Positions 25,957 to 39,074 of a DNA stretch of 64,000 bases are shown here, piece by piece (the first letter of the stretch is position 1; each line of letters opens with the position of its first letter). The notes beneath the pieces are model-generated. The model saw only the letters and a list, made by a program, of their open reading frames with translations. It made no database searches and was not told the DNA's origin. This stretch comes from Lama guanicoe. Its lineage: Eukaryota. The DNA lies in the NCBI GenBank assembly GCA_013239625.1, contig MU057051.1, positions 3,165,664-3,229,663 of the forward strand, written 5' to 3'. The position numbers and the translations under genes are program-made.

Positions 25957-26851
25957 AGAACGAACTTACACTACAAAGTAGGAACATATAAATGTAAGGG
26001 GACCCAATATATAAGTATGTAAGACCAAAACAGGCTGCTTTTTAGAAGTTTCTCAAATCTATCATTAATAAAGCAAGTACAGTGCTCTTCCCCTGCTCTT
26101 CTGTTACTGGGCTGGCTGCTTCTCTTCACGTCCCTGCATCTGGGTCCTCCTCCTCCTATCTGAAGTCTGTCTCCTTCTCTCTGTCCAACCTGTCACAGTC
26201 CCCCAGCAGGTTCTCCCCCATCCTCATGGACCCCTCACCGTCCCCACCCGACAACAGGGCCACGCTGCCTCTCACTCACCGCCTCCCTCCATGGGCCCTG
26301 CCGGAACCTTCCCCTTCCCAGCAAGGCCTCCTTCCAGGCACCTGGGAGCACCACCCGGCTTTGTGTATCCTTCCTCCCTCGCCCTGATCATCACACATCT
26401 CTCCCGGCATCCAGCCTCTCCTCAGCCCCTACCTGTCCGCTCATTTCTCCTCACCATTCTTCCAACTTCTCACTTCTCTCGCCTCCCGGTCACACCACTA
26501 CAGAATCAGGTCCCCATCAGGTCCCTCATAAAAACTCAGAGTGCTCCCTCACCAAGCAAAAACCACTTATCTGCCATGGCATCAGAGTATTCACAATCTG
26601 ACTCTACCTCACCTTTTCTATCCTAAATCTTTTTATGTTGTTCTTTAAAAAAACAACAGCTTTAAAAAAAAGAAAAAAAGAAACCACTTATTATAAAAAA
26701 TTTTCAAACATTAGCAAAAGTAGACAGAATAGTACAAGTAGGTCTTACTTGTCCATCACCCAGCTCTGACACTTCTCATCACATGGCTAATCTCATTTCA
26801 GCCATACCCTCACTCACTGTCTCCCCTCAGCAAATTTTAAAGTAAATTCCA

Positions 26852-27137
26852 TACAACAGGAACAGACTTACAAATATAAATAACAAACTAATGGTTACCA
26901 GAAGTGACAGAGAAAGGGGGAGGAGCAAGAGGGGATTAAGAGGTACACACTACTATGTATAAAGTAAGTCACAAGGATACGTTGTACAGCACAGGGAATA
27001 GAGCCAGGATTTTACAGTAACTTTAAATGGAATATAATCTATAAAAATATTGAATCACTACGCTGTACACCTGAAACTAATACGATAATGTAAATCAATT
27101 ATACTCCAATAAAAAATAAAACAAAAACAAACAAAAA
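26852..27137 (+). mobile_element. L1 3' end inserted into an older opposite-strand L1 fragment (about 26680-27450)
   Basis: Typical L1 3' UTR, A-rich tail, perfect 13-bp TSD aaagtaaattcca (26839-26851, 27138-27150). Confidence 0.9.
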
Positions 27138-30100
27138 AAAGTAAATTCCAGATAGCCTATCATTTCACCTGTAATTTCACTTCAGTAAGTTTCTTTAAAA
27201 GATAAATACTCCTAAAAACAGTAACACTATTATCACCCCTTAAAATTTTGTTCATATTATTTATTAATATCATTAAATACAGAGCCAGCATTTAAATAAC
27301 CCCGATGATTTTACTGTTTTTCCCCAATATTGTCCCCAATTTTTTTTTTTGTCTTTTACAGTTGGTTTGTTTGAACCGGGATTCCAAACGTGGTTCCTGC
27401 TTTTGATCAGGGTCCCTGACTCTTACAGTCTCTTTTAATCTGTAACCACTTTAACATCTACTGCTCCACAAGGCTCCAGCCCAGACACACATCTTGCTTT
27501 CCCACCTAACAAGGTGTTGTTTATGCAGTACTCAGTATCCCCAGTGTACCAAATACCACCCACCTTTCACAGCCCCACCTCAACACTGCCCCCTTCATGA
27601 AATCTTTTCTGGTGGCCACCAGCCCCTCGCCATCTCCTACAGCACTTCATCTCTACTTCATTTGGGGCATTTACTTTATCCTTCTCTGCAAACAGTCTGA
27701 GTATTAGGTGTCTTCCTTCCAGTCTTCTGCAAGGTAGATTTATCTGATTTATCTTCATAACCCTTGAAGAACTTAGCACAGTACCCTGCACTTGGCAATT
27801 GTTCAGTAAGTAAATCTGTAAATGCTGTACATAAAAATAATATAAATGGAGAAGTGAAGGACAGTAAGAGTATCTTACCCCACTTCATCCTCCTCTTCCC
27901 CTCCACCCACTCATTCAAGAGCTATCTGTTGCTAACTGCTACATGCTGACACCCTGAAAGTGCCTAATGACCCAGAAGTCCTATTACCCAACACAAAAAC
28001 AAAAGTGGCTCTCTTAACATCCTCAAAATACCTGCAGCTTTTGGACTCAATTTCAGTCCTTCCAAGATCAATAATAACATTATATCTTTCTCAACAAGCA
28101 AGATTCGTGCATTTTCACCAAAAACAATTTTAATTTATCAACGAGACCCTGAAACATTCTAATGGGACTGTCAAGACTCAAAGGCATCTCCCCTTTGTCT
28201 ACTCATTCCTCTACCACACATGTTTACCGAACACCTATTAAGCGCCAAGCACACTGGAGATGCTGAGTGGAAAATGATGACTCACAGTCCTTGGCATGAC
28301 AGGGAAGATAAAACCAAGAACAAAATTTCCAGCAATACCAGGTCCATGGAAACTGTAAGGTCCAGGAAGCAACCAGGGAAGTTCTTGGAGGAGCTGGAAT
28401 TCGAGCTGAGCCGATGCTGAGAAATCTGAAAACACTGAACACTATCTACATCTCTCTTTTGCACAAAAGTGGGAGACGGGAAAGGGTAGGGATGATAGCT
28501 GTGGACAGTCTTCATTTTACTTCCAGATGACAGTCGCTCACATCCCTGTTGACTATCCATTTCTCCACATGCATTCCAGCCACTGCCACAAACCCAAGGA
28601 GAAAGAGGACATTTCCTTTTCAAAACTGCAGAGCATGTATTAAAAGGATGTAACATCGGGGGAAATTATGCTACGAAATAATGAGTAAAAGTCCCCAACA
28701 GTCCTCTAGAAGAATGTGTGACAGGCAGACAGTGAGGAGCCGTGTCTCTGTGGGGAGGGAACTGAAGCAGCTCCCCAAACGCAGACCACCACTGTCATGC
28801 GTTCACTCTGCTGCACAGGGACCGCCCCCCGACCCCATCACAGGGCTCATCAGTTCTCCTCTGTGGAGCAATCAATCTGGTCTTAAAAAGCTGAGGCAGT
28901 CTGGGTCTACAAAAATCATTTTTACAGAGTATCCGTTTGGAATACTTATAAAATATTCTTAAAATAATCTGATACTTTTCACCAAATGTTCTAGTAACTT
29001 AAAACTTTTAGGGCTTAAGCTCAGGCCAGGATGAAATACTTCTTATCTGACGGTGATAAAACAGCACTTTAGGGATTTCTGGCCTGGGGCAGTGGCAAAA
29101 ATTAGAAAAACTGATGCCAGGAGGTTGAGTCGCCTCCTAAGGCTTACCGAGGAAATAAACTTTTGAATATAATGTAGTTCCTTGAAGAAATGTCAGCTTT
29201 TAGTCACAATGCTGGGTGAGTCCTTCCACTGGGGCAGGAAAAGGTTAAAGGCCAGTGAACAAATTAAGAAAAACTGTTTACTAAATTAAAAAATTATACT
29301 TAATTCACTCTCCTCCAAGTAGTTAACATAATACTCCTAAAATTCTACTATATAATACCCACATAAATACATAATGCACCAGAAAGGCAGCATCTGTCCA
29401 CTACAGTGACAAAATTTTTTCCCATTAAATATGATTCTGTCACATTTGTTCAGCAAACACCTTCAGAAGCAATAGCTAACAAGGTGTAAAAACACAATCA
29501 TGATCCTGTTTAAGAAACTGCAAGGAAACACGAAAGCAAGGCAGAGAAATTCACAGAGTAATAGCAGAGCTTCCTAAAAGACCTCCCACATCATCACTGG
29601 AGAAAATCCAACAGGAACCACACAGCAGGGACTGAAAACCCAGTTCAGAGAGGAACTGGTTCTCTCTTTACTTTCATCAGACACTGCACAGATGTGACTT
29701 TGCATCAGACCTTGTTCTAGGGACAGGGACAAAGGGACAAAGGTCACATGCTGTTCACCTGCAGATGGTTTGTGCCTGGTCTTTGTGATTCTTTAATTTG
29801 AAGCAATGCTTAAAAGTCAGGAGATCTCAAAATACAGCAGCTTAAGTCTTTACAGATTATCTCAATTTCATGTAACAAAGACTCTCTCTTGCCTACCATG
29901 GTTCCCTTTCCTGCTTTTAACATGAGACAGCAGAGGACCTAAAGCTTCCTATAAAATATCCTGCATCCCATGTATGTCCTAACTTTAATTTTCCTCACAG
30001 TCAAATCACTATAAACACGCCAAACACCATTCTCAACTACCCTTCAATGAATAAGCCATGTTAACTCAAGCTTTGACGTAAGGTCTGAAGGTGATAAAGA

Positions 30101-30144
30101 CATGATGGGTCCAAAGGAGAATCACTTTACTCAGTACCCTGTAG

Positions 30145-30326
30145 GCATGTCCCCCATGAGGCAACGGCACATCAAGGGCAATAGCAGGGACGCCAAGCTG
30201 TTGCACAGAAGGGAAATTAGATGGAAAAAACAGACATGTCCCTGCAAAGCAATGAAAATTACACCCATTTCACTTTTCTCCCTAAAACTAAACCAAATCT
30301 CAAAAAGGCTAAGATAGGCAAATCAA
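30145..30326 (+). repeat. Inverted-repeat arm A (intron 8), partner of 31661-31842
   Basis: Manual gapless alignment with the reverse complement of 31661-31842: 131/182 identical. Confidence 0.93.
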
Positions 30327-31263
30327 CAAGAGGCTTTTTTTTATAAAACTGTCTCAGTTATAATAACCTCAAAGAGACTATTTCCCAGACATTTTATTGT
30401 TGTAACAAACAAACCCATCTTTCACTTCTTGTCATGTGCAATTACCATGCCATAATTGAAAAACAGTGAATCACCGCGGAGCATGCAGGAGAGAGGGCCT
30501 GCCGGCTCTGAGCTGTCACTGTAATCATCACAGAATAAACAAACAATATCGAAAGTTCTTTCTTCATCATCTTTAACCTATATATTGCAGAGACTCTAAG
30601 AAATTTATACTCTGTAATTCCCCTCTTTCCCTAAAGATGGCATGGTATTTCAAACATTTTTCCCTTCAAAACACTGCTTTTCTCTTCTTCAACAGCCCAA
30701 GCCCCACACCAAAGGATTCAACATAATTTAGAATCTATTTGTAGGAGCCAAGAATTCAATTAAGAGAAAAATTATCTTGCAAGGGTTTGGGCAATTCAGC
30801 CCATTAACCCTCTTGTAATTTTGCTGAGAAAAGCATCTGAATTATCTAACAAAAGGCTTCACAAGTTAGAACGAACAAGCAGAGGCCAGGGTGAAGGATT
30901 CCAGAAATCTGGGTCCTGTCTACCATCCAGCCCCATTAGCAAAGTCACACAAAGCTCTAGGCCTCTGACCTTTAGGAATCCTGGAGGGGCTCACTCCTGG
31001 GCCTCTAAGACTCACCGCGTGCAAGAGCTTTTAACCAGTGTCCTTAACAACCTTTAAGTTTATTGACTTAAAATGGTCAACAGCAGAACTGCTGAGCTTA
31101 CCCTTTGTGAACAAGGTCTGGATCAATGACCTGGTGAAACTGAGTTTCACTCTGTCATGAAGAGGAAGGTAAACAACTGGCCCTGGTGTGGAAGAGGTGG
31201 TCCTGCCCATCCCCTGCACCCAAGCCAGATGCTCCCGCCCCTCCCCCACCCCTCCCGACTCAC

Positions 31264-31476
31264 CTTGGTGGCCTCCTCCACGCTCTCCCTCAGGGCCTGC
31301 AGCTCCGCGTCGTACTGTTCCTTCAGCTTGTCCATCTCCTGGTCGTGGCTGGACACCTCCTCTTTCAGGGCTCCCTTCAGGGCAGTGAGTTCACGCTCTC
31401 GCTTTCTCAAGAGGTCTTCCTGCTCCTCTTTGGTGATGAGCAGATCTTGAAGGTCCTGCTTTGCCTGTAAGAGCTC
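31264..31476 (-). CDS. CGNL1: CGNL1 exon 8 (213 nt, [71 protein letters not shown])
   Basis: Acceptor ttccttctctag|gag, donor AAG|GTGAGT; phase 0-0; contains the [16 protein letters not shown] motif shared with cingulin. No further CGNL1 exon recognised in 1-31263 (long intron 8). Confidence 0.97.
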
Positions 31477-31660
31477 CTAGAGAAGGAACACAGCGGAGGT
31501 GAAGATGCAACAGATGTCTCGTGGCCCTGCACCTCGACCTCGGCCACCCGCAGGGACGGCCACTCCCTCGCCTGTCCCCCAACAACCACTGTCCTCGCAC
31601 AGACACCGGCTGAGACCCTTGTAGCCTCTCCCCTTTTCCTCCTCAGAGGCCATATTCCCC

Positions 31661-31842
31661 TTGATTTGACTACCTCAGCTTTTCCAACAGTTGATTTAAT
31701 TTGAGGGAGAAAAGGGAAACTGATCTCACTTTCAGTGCTCTGAGGGGCCAGGTCTGTTTTTCCCACCCCACTTCACGTCGGTGCAATGCTCTGTCACCTC
31801 TGCTGGTGGCCTTTATGAGCCGCTGCTTCACGGGGGACTTGC
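31661..31842 (-). repeat. Inverted-repeat arm B (intron 7), partner of 30145-30326
   Basis: Same alignment; shared blocks include gtccccc, ttgcac, aaaaacagac, cttttctccct, caaatcaa. Confidence 0.93.
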
Positions 31843-32439
31843 TGGTCTTGCTTACTTCACCCCAAACCCTGCGTGTGGTCAAACCCCGAACCCAAGACCC
31901 TAGTCTTCAGGGGAGACTCTGCCCCACCGTGAGCAGGGACAACCATCACACATTCTCCTCCCTCACTGCCTCGTGAACCTCACTGTTGATAAGCGAAGTC
32001 ACAACATGGGGGGGGGGGGGCAAGTCCCACCACAAATCGCATCACCTAAACCCAAGTGTGTCTGCCAAGGCCGGGCACTCCTTTCATGTCATCATCTCCA
32101 TGCCAGACCCGCTTAGCTCCCCTCAAGCTTGGGCTCACCCTCTCCCGCAGACGCCCCTACCTCCCACTCAGCAGGGACTCAGCCTGACACCTGGCTCCCC
32201 TCTGCACTCCAGGCTTCCCCCCACCCAAAGCCCCTGGACAATGAGCTGTCTGTTCCCCGCCAGCCTGCTCCAGGTCTTTACTACATTAGTTATCTTTTCT
32301 TTCTGTCATTTTGTTCTATTTCCTTGAATCTCTGTCATTTCCCTCACGGCACAAGAATCCTCTGAGTCAAGGACAAAAAAACAAACAAAAAAACAAAACC
32401 AAAACAAAACCAAAAAAAAAAAAAAAACAAGCTTTACCA

Positions 32440-33480
32440 CCAAACTTTTTGGAAGATTGATTTCTATTCACTGACTTGACCACCTGGTCACTCCTCAATC
32501 TCTTGCAAATGGCTTTTGCTCCCCCCTCTACTAAGACTGCCTCCCCTCCAAGGTCACAGTGACCTCTTAATCGCCACATGCCATGGCCTTTTCTCAGTCC
32601 TCACCTTTCATGGCCTCTCTCTGATCTTCTCCACCTGTATCCTTAATATTCTTCTCTGCCTTGCAGCTCGAAGACACTACACTCTCCTGTTTTCCTTCCC
32701 TCAGGCCACTTTTTCTGCGACAATCTTTTCTGGCTTTTCTCTCCTTCTTCTCCAAAGCTAAGATGATCCCCAAGAATGCGACTTCGCATTCTTCATTTTT
32801 TCTTTTTTTGGCGAGTTCATCTACTTTTTTCCCCAACTATTAATTTCGAAATAAATAACTCCCAAACCTTTACCTCCAACCCTTATCTGAGTTTGGACCT
32901 GCAAACCACATCCACCTGGAGGTCCCTCAGTAGGCTTACGCTTCTCAGTGAATTCATCATGTCCCTTCCTCTCCACTTCTTCTGTCCATCATTCTTGCGA
33001 AGGCAGCACCTGCTCTGCAGCACGCAAGCTCAAGAGCCTGGCTGCAACATTGATCTCTCTTGTCCTTACCCCTCACAACCCAAAAGTTAGTTCTGTAACA
33101 TCTCAGGTCCTCTTCCTCACCTTCCTGGTTTAGGGTCTCATCACCTCCTGCCCAAGTGGCAAGTGGGTAGCAAGAGCTACCCAATGGCTCCCCATCTCCA
33201 GTCTCTTACCTGTCGCCTCTACACCATCATCCACACAGCATCCTGTCTGGGTGCCCCTCATCCTCCCAGTCCCATCCCTCTCTGCCTTTCAGAAAACCCC
33301 GGAAGACTCACTATATGTCCTCCTCCAAGAAATCTTCCGTGAATCCCCTTCCTGAAGACCCATCCCACTTTAGTTGTACTTCTCACAGCATTTAATACCT
33401 GTACGTTGCAGTCCACATACCTAGGTTTTACTTTATCTCCCCTGCTAGACTATCAGCTCCTTGGAAGGATGACACATATC
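32440..33480 (+). mobile_element. L2 fragments
   Basis: ccaaggtcacagtgacctc...ttctcagtcctcacc...actcccaaa...tgctagactatcagctccttg. Confidence 0.6.
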
Positions 33481-34814
33481 TGATTTATTATAGCTTTGAT
33501 GCATGGATCAGTGATCCTGGGAGCAGGCCAGTTCTGGACATAAATACATTAGCACCTGCAGGACAACAGGAGTCCGGATGTGTGAGAGTTCTAACCCAGT
33601 CTATTCTCTCCCTGGTGGCTTCTGAGTAAGTACACATCCTGTCCTCTTGGAGCTTCTGGGGAAATGAAGGAACAGCTGCCACCTGGGACCTGAGGCCTCA
33701 GAGATGATAAACCGCTTTCCGTTCAAGAACTGGGTCACTGATGAGGGGGTGAACTTAAGAATAACTGACAGTGGGATCTCTTTCCTTTTCTCTAGGGCAG
33801 GCACATCTATTAAACCGGGGAGCCTCTGAAATCCCAGGGCAGAGCTGCACTCCATGGACAAAGACTGAGTCCTTCAGGAATCTAGCTAGCAGCATTAACA
33901 AGCTCAGACCAAACTCCCAGAGATTCGTCCAGGGAACTAGGGCAACCCTGGCTCTTTCAAAGAACCAAACACAGAACACAGAACACATAAGCAAACTTTA
34001 TGGGAACAGACTCCATCCTGATATTTACCCAAAGGAGAAGCCCTCCAGCCCCTCCTTAGGGAGTATTAGAGGACCGCCCCCCCCCGTCACTGTTGCTATT
34101 GGCTACCCCTCCAGGTCCTCCTTCCACAGCAGCCCTTGCGAGCCTACCCCCATCTCCTGCTCTTACTCTCACACATTTCTCAACTGTTACGACGATAAGG
34201 CAGTTCCTCTTCCCACACTGATCTCTTCCAGGATATACCTGTGTTTTGTGTTGCCTTTTGTGTGCTGCCGCCAATGCATGTCAAGAGCCTAGGTTTCCAC
34301 GGCCCACTTTACACCGACACGCTGTTATCTGCGGCTGCGGCTGCTGCTAAGTGGACTCTGAGGCACAAATCCAATCAGATCACACCTCACCATGTCACTG
34401 CGTAGCACCTGAAGCTTTCCAGGGTAGAGACCAAAAGGCACGGGACATTTCAAAAACTTCATTTCATCACCTCGGTGGCCTTACTGCCAATTACATCAAG
34501 CCAAAGAAGTCAGAGAAAATCTAGAAACCTCAAAATACAAGTGAACATCCATTAGAGAGGCACATGCCTCTCCGCAGGCCCCAATCAAAGAAAACAAAGG
34601 AAAACTCTGGCCGCTCAGAATCAGCGCTTTTGAAGCCTACAGCTGCCTCCAGGCTAGCTGCACACAGACAAGGTGTGCAGGAGCTGAAGACCTAGCGAGG
34701 ATGTATATGCATGGGGTGGGAGGGGGGTTCCCAGGGGGAGGCTAAAAAATTGATTGTATTTGCTACTTACTGCATAATAAGAATTACGCTAAGCATTTCC
34801 AACAACTCTAGGAG

Positions 34815-34970
34815 AAGAGTATTATTATTTTCATTCATAAATTCAACAACAACATCAACAAACCTGGAAGCTCTGAGATTGTAACACGCCTAAGATCACC
34901 CAGCTTATCAGTGGTAGAGCCAAGACTGGGACCCAGACTGGATACCAATGGCTGTTCTCTTCACCATCCA
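34815..34970 (-). mobile_element. MIR SINE fragment (similar remnants near 7900-8020, 49850-49990, 58165-58310)
   Basis: cctaagatcacccagcttatcagtggtagagccaagactgggacccag matches the MIR core. Confidence 0.65.
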
Positions 34971-37887
34971 GCCTCCGCAGGCCTGACAGCAGGACTACAT
35001 ACTCAGAGGGGGCAAGGAGCAAGCAGCTTCCCTGTGCTCAGTCTTTCGGATGCAAATGAACAGAGCTCTATGTTGGTTGGGAGGGCCTGTGAGAGGGGTC
35101 CACATGTTTAAACTAAAGCAAAGAAACCTGCCCAGAACCTGGCAACACAAGAAGGAAAGTGGAGAGGAAAAGGAAGTAGGCTCTGGGTCGCAGCTGTCAC
35201 TGGCAGCAGCAGCAAGTGATTGCCCAAAGCAGGGGCACTGAGAGACACCAGAGTGCCTAGAGTAGCAGGTTACCTGCCCACAGAACAGTTTACCTCACAC
35301 CCCACCTACTCACAGGTGCCCCTGGCAAAAAGAGACCAAAATACTCACTGAGACCTTAATGCTTCCAAGAAGTTCTATTGGGTCTCTGTCTCTGGCCCAT
35401 GCTCATTGAAAGGGCAGGTAAAAGGTTTTATACCAAAACTGTAGCTGACAGAATTTTATGTCATTTTCCCCCCAGAAGGATAGTCTAGAAAGTGTGACAC
35501 AGATGGTGAGAAACATGATTTTCTCAGTTGCTCTTTTATGAAATGTGTGTAACATTCAGTAACATCACTACAAAATAAGCTTCCTACTATTTTAGAGACC
35601 TCATTTCTGAGCACAGTCTATCCCCAGACCAGTAGGGTTTCATAACCAGAGTATTTTACTCATCTCTCAGTACCTATGTCTTGGTAAATGTCAGGGATAA
35701 AGCACCACAAGATACTGCTGGCCCACCCGTCAGCACTACAGGCTCCCAGAGATGTCTGGTAACTAGAAAATCCCACTGTCACAGGACTTACGGCAATGTT
35801 TCATGTTTATCCGTCACCCACAGAATGGAGGGAAACATATTCACGGGAGAGAAGTGGCTGAAAACTTGAGCTACAACTATTTTCTGTATCTTGATTTAAA
35901 AAAGGAAATTCAGAACCATCAATTGTTTAATCAAGAATAACAAAGTCATCCTATTCTTGGTCAATTATTTGGCTTATCCTAAGAAAACAGGGTACTTTCT
36001 ACCATTTCTTCCTTCCTTCCTTCCTTTTTTTTTTTTTTTAATGATTTTATTCTCTCTTAATGTCACTTTACTGACTCCATATTGGGGCCCAAAATGACTT
36101 AACAGAATGTGAACTATTAAAAGGTATTTTATGAAAAATCCTCTGCGTTATGCAGGCCTCACAAAATATAGGGCCTTCAAGCTTTTTCAAACACTCAAAG
36201 GCAGAAGAAGTGTTTAAAGCTCACTGAATGTACTTGAGAGTCTGTTCTCAGCCAAGTGCCATGGAAAACTTGGCCACGACTACAGTCTGTTATCAGATTC
36301 CCCCAGGCCACTTTCTGTTAAGATATGAAGAATAAACTGACAGTGATGAGGGGATGGGGTCTATTTCACTAGTGATACAGAAACCATTGATCATTTTTTA
36401 AATGTTGCTGACACGTCAAAGGAAACTGATAAATAGAGTGAGGACAATTTTCCAGAGGGAAAGAAACCCACTTTGGCACAGAGACGCTAACTCTGTCCTA
36501 ACTTATCTTGCAGAAAGGCAGCAGGAGATGATACAGCTCCCAGGACAGGAAACAGGCAAATCACCAGGAAAAAAACCACACGTGGAACATTTTTAAGAAA
36601 AGATGTGCTCTCTTTCCCTTTTCTTTCTCTCATTATCAGCCTTTGCCTGAAAACACACCCCCAAACTTAAGCTCATATCCTATTCACCACTATAAACAAG
36701 CCAACAGGCTATTAATTTAATTAATATATGCTCAGTACACTGTGTTTAAAGAGGCAAAGAAGCTACAGTTCATTTCAGAATTACTCCCTTTTTTTTTTAA
36801 TGGTGACATTTTAAAATAATTTAAATACTGAAATGTATTCATTCATTTGCTCTACTGCTTGGCACCGTGCTAGGCATGAAATGTGGGAAGAAGCAAAGAT
36901 GATGTGATCTTGAATGAGCAGGCTAGGAGAAGAAAGAGACAGATATCAAAACAGAGCAAGGTCAAGTGCACTAAAATAGAGAACCTAAATGGATAAGAAA
37001 ATATCTGGTAAAGGACAACTAACAATTTAGGTTTTAGTTACTGGGAAAATACAAAAACTTTAGAGGCTTCCCAACAGCTAAGGTAATACCTTTCTCTTTT
37101 AGAATCAGTGAATAGTCCACACAAGGAATCACAGACTATGGCAAAGTCTTACCTTCTATTTAAATGTGTTTATGAAGCTACATTTTTATCGAAAGCCATA
37201 CCTGCTCAGTGACATCATTTCTACCCTTAGGGAATTTTTCTAAAGAAGTAAAAGGATACATATAAAAAATATTCACCATCTTTTTTCATAATTAAAAAAA
37301 AAACTTAAATACAGGAGGATGATTAAGTATATTGTAGATTATCTCCTTAAAAATGAAGTATGAAGACTATAAAGTATAATAAGGAAAAAGTTTCTGACAT
37401 ACTAACTTTTAAAAACTGGTATCAAAACTGCAGAGACACTATAGTTGCACCTACATTATAGATGAAACCTATCAACAAATAGGGAAGGAAATAGAAAATG
37501 CAGAAATAAAAACAGCTATTAAGGTGTTAGGAAAATATGTGTGTTTCCACCACTACCCTCCATTTTAAAATTTCATTTTATGTGAGTTTCATAACACTTC
37601 AGTGATAAATAGACTTATTTTCAAAGCTCTGTCCTAATGTACCATGTCTTTGTAATCCTGAGCCTGGAGAAAAACACGGAGCCAAGAAGAGCAAAAAAAA
37701 AAAAAAAAAAAATGCAGTGTTTTTAAAGAATCATTGGGTAAAACGAGAAATACCAGGTGGGAAGAAGCAGACCTGAGGCTTTCTCAGGAGAAAGAGGTCT
37801 AAACAGAGACAAAGAGATGGTCATGTGGGAGGGAGAGAAAATGACCCCCTCTGCCCATGTGAAAATGAATCCATGAGAAGACCACTG

Positions 37888-38036
37888 AGGGGTGGGGGGA
37901 GGGTACAGCTCAGTGGTAGAGAGCATGCTTAGCATGCATGAGGTCCCAGGTTCAATCCCTAGTACCTCCGTTAAAAAAATTAATAATAAATAAACAAACC
38001 TAGTTACCTCCCTCCCTGCAAATTAAAAAAAAAAAA
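37888..38036 (+). mobile_element. tRNA-Ala-derived SINE (Vic-1 type)
   Basis: A and B boxes, poly-A tail, 13-bp TSD gagaagacc(a/t)ctg (37875-37887, 38037-38049). Confidence 0.92.
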
Positions 38037-39074
38037 GAGAAGACCTCTGCCACGGGGCCACAAACACTCCGCTCTCCTCCCCGCCCTGCCAAGTCCTGGG
38101 GAAGAGAGAGGCTAAAGACCGGGAACAAAAATCCTTCCTGAGGACTCACTTCAAAACTAAACAAGGAAGAGGGTGAGAAAACCGCTGACGGCTGAGACAC
38201 AGGGAGCTCCAGGGACTTACCAGACGGCAGCTTTTAACCCCAAGAAAGGGACAAAGACAAGACCCAAGCCCTTGGAGGAAAAGCAGCTGGAAGTGAGAGT
38301 TACATACTAACAAGTCACCTTTATTTCTCATAAGCGCTCGGTTTGTTTGTTTGGCTTTGCTCTACATTGTGTATCTTTTATTTGTTGGGCTGTTCCTACA
38401 AACCAAAGCTTACAAGGAACTAAATTTCAAAATTATGCCCAAAATACAGGTAATGATGTTACTGCAAATATCAAAACATCTAAATGGGTGCAGTTCTGTC
38501 CATTTCTGATTCTCAATGAGACTCATTCCCAAAAAAGAATGTAGACGTTCAATACCTATTCTTGCTCTCCAGTCATGTCACATGTATGTATCTAACACCT
38601 CAACAGGACGGTAACTTAATTCAGAGGAGAGATAACTGCCTCTGAAAAAACCCATAATAATGAACAAAGGAATGCAGAAGAAGGAGTCAACTTTATCCAC
38701 TGAATCACAGATTGATAATAAATACTCAATAGGGGATAGACTGATAGTGGGTAGAACCCAGATGGGCAGCCTATGTATACTGCAGGTAGATTCACTCACT
38801 CACTCACTCACTCATACTGCATCATACAGCCATCAAATATTTCCTGAGGGCTATATGTCCCAGGCACTGGAATAGCTGCCAAGGATATGGTGCTGAGTCA
38901 ACCATTACCAACCCTACCCTCCTGGAACTTACTGTCTTATGGGATCTTCAAACAAAGAAAAACATAATCTGTGAAAAGTGCTGTAGGAGCATTCACATAA
39001 TATTAATGACTTTAAAATGTTTTTCCATAAATAGCATTACTTACAAAGTATTTTTGCTCAAAGTTTAAGCTGAT

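Noticed and set aside
30102-30317. Paralogous small proteins from ORFs 30102-30317(+) and 31670-31882(-)
   Set aside because: The similarity is a by-product of the inverted repeat. Substitutions fall 16/14/21 on codon positions 1/2/3, so there is no clear coding signature, and the second ORF lacks an ATG start.
32374-32430. Orphan A-rich tract (also A20 at 37693-37712) as the tail of a retrocopy
   Set aside because: No recognisable body or TSD; treated as low-complexity sequence.
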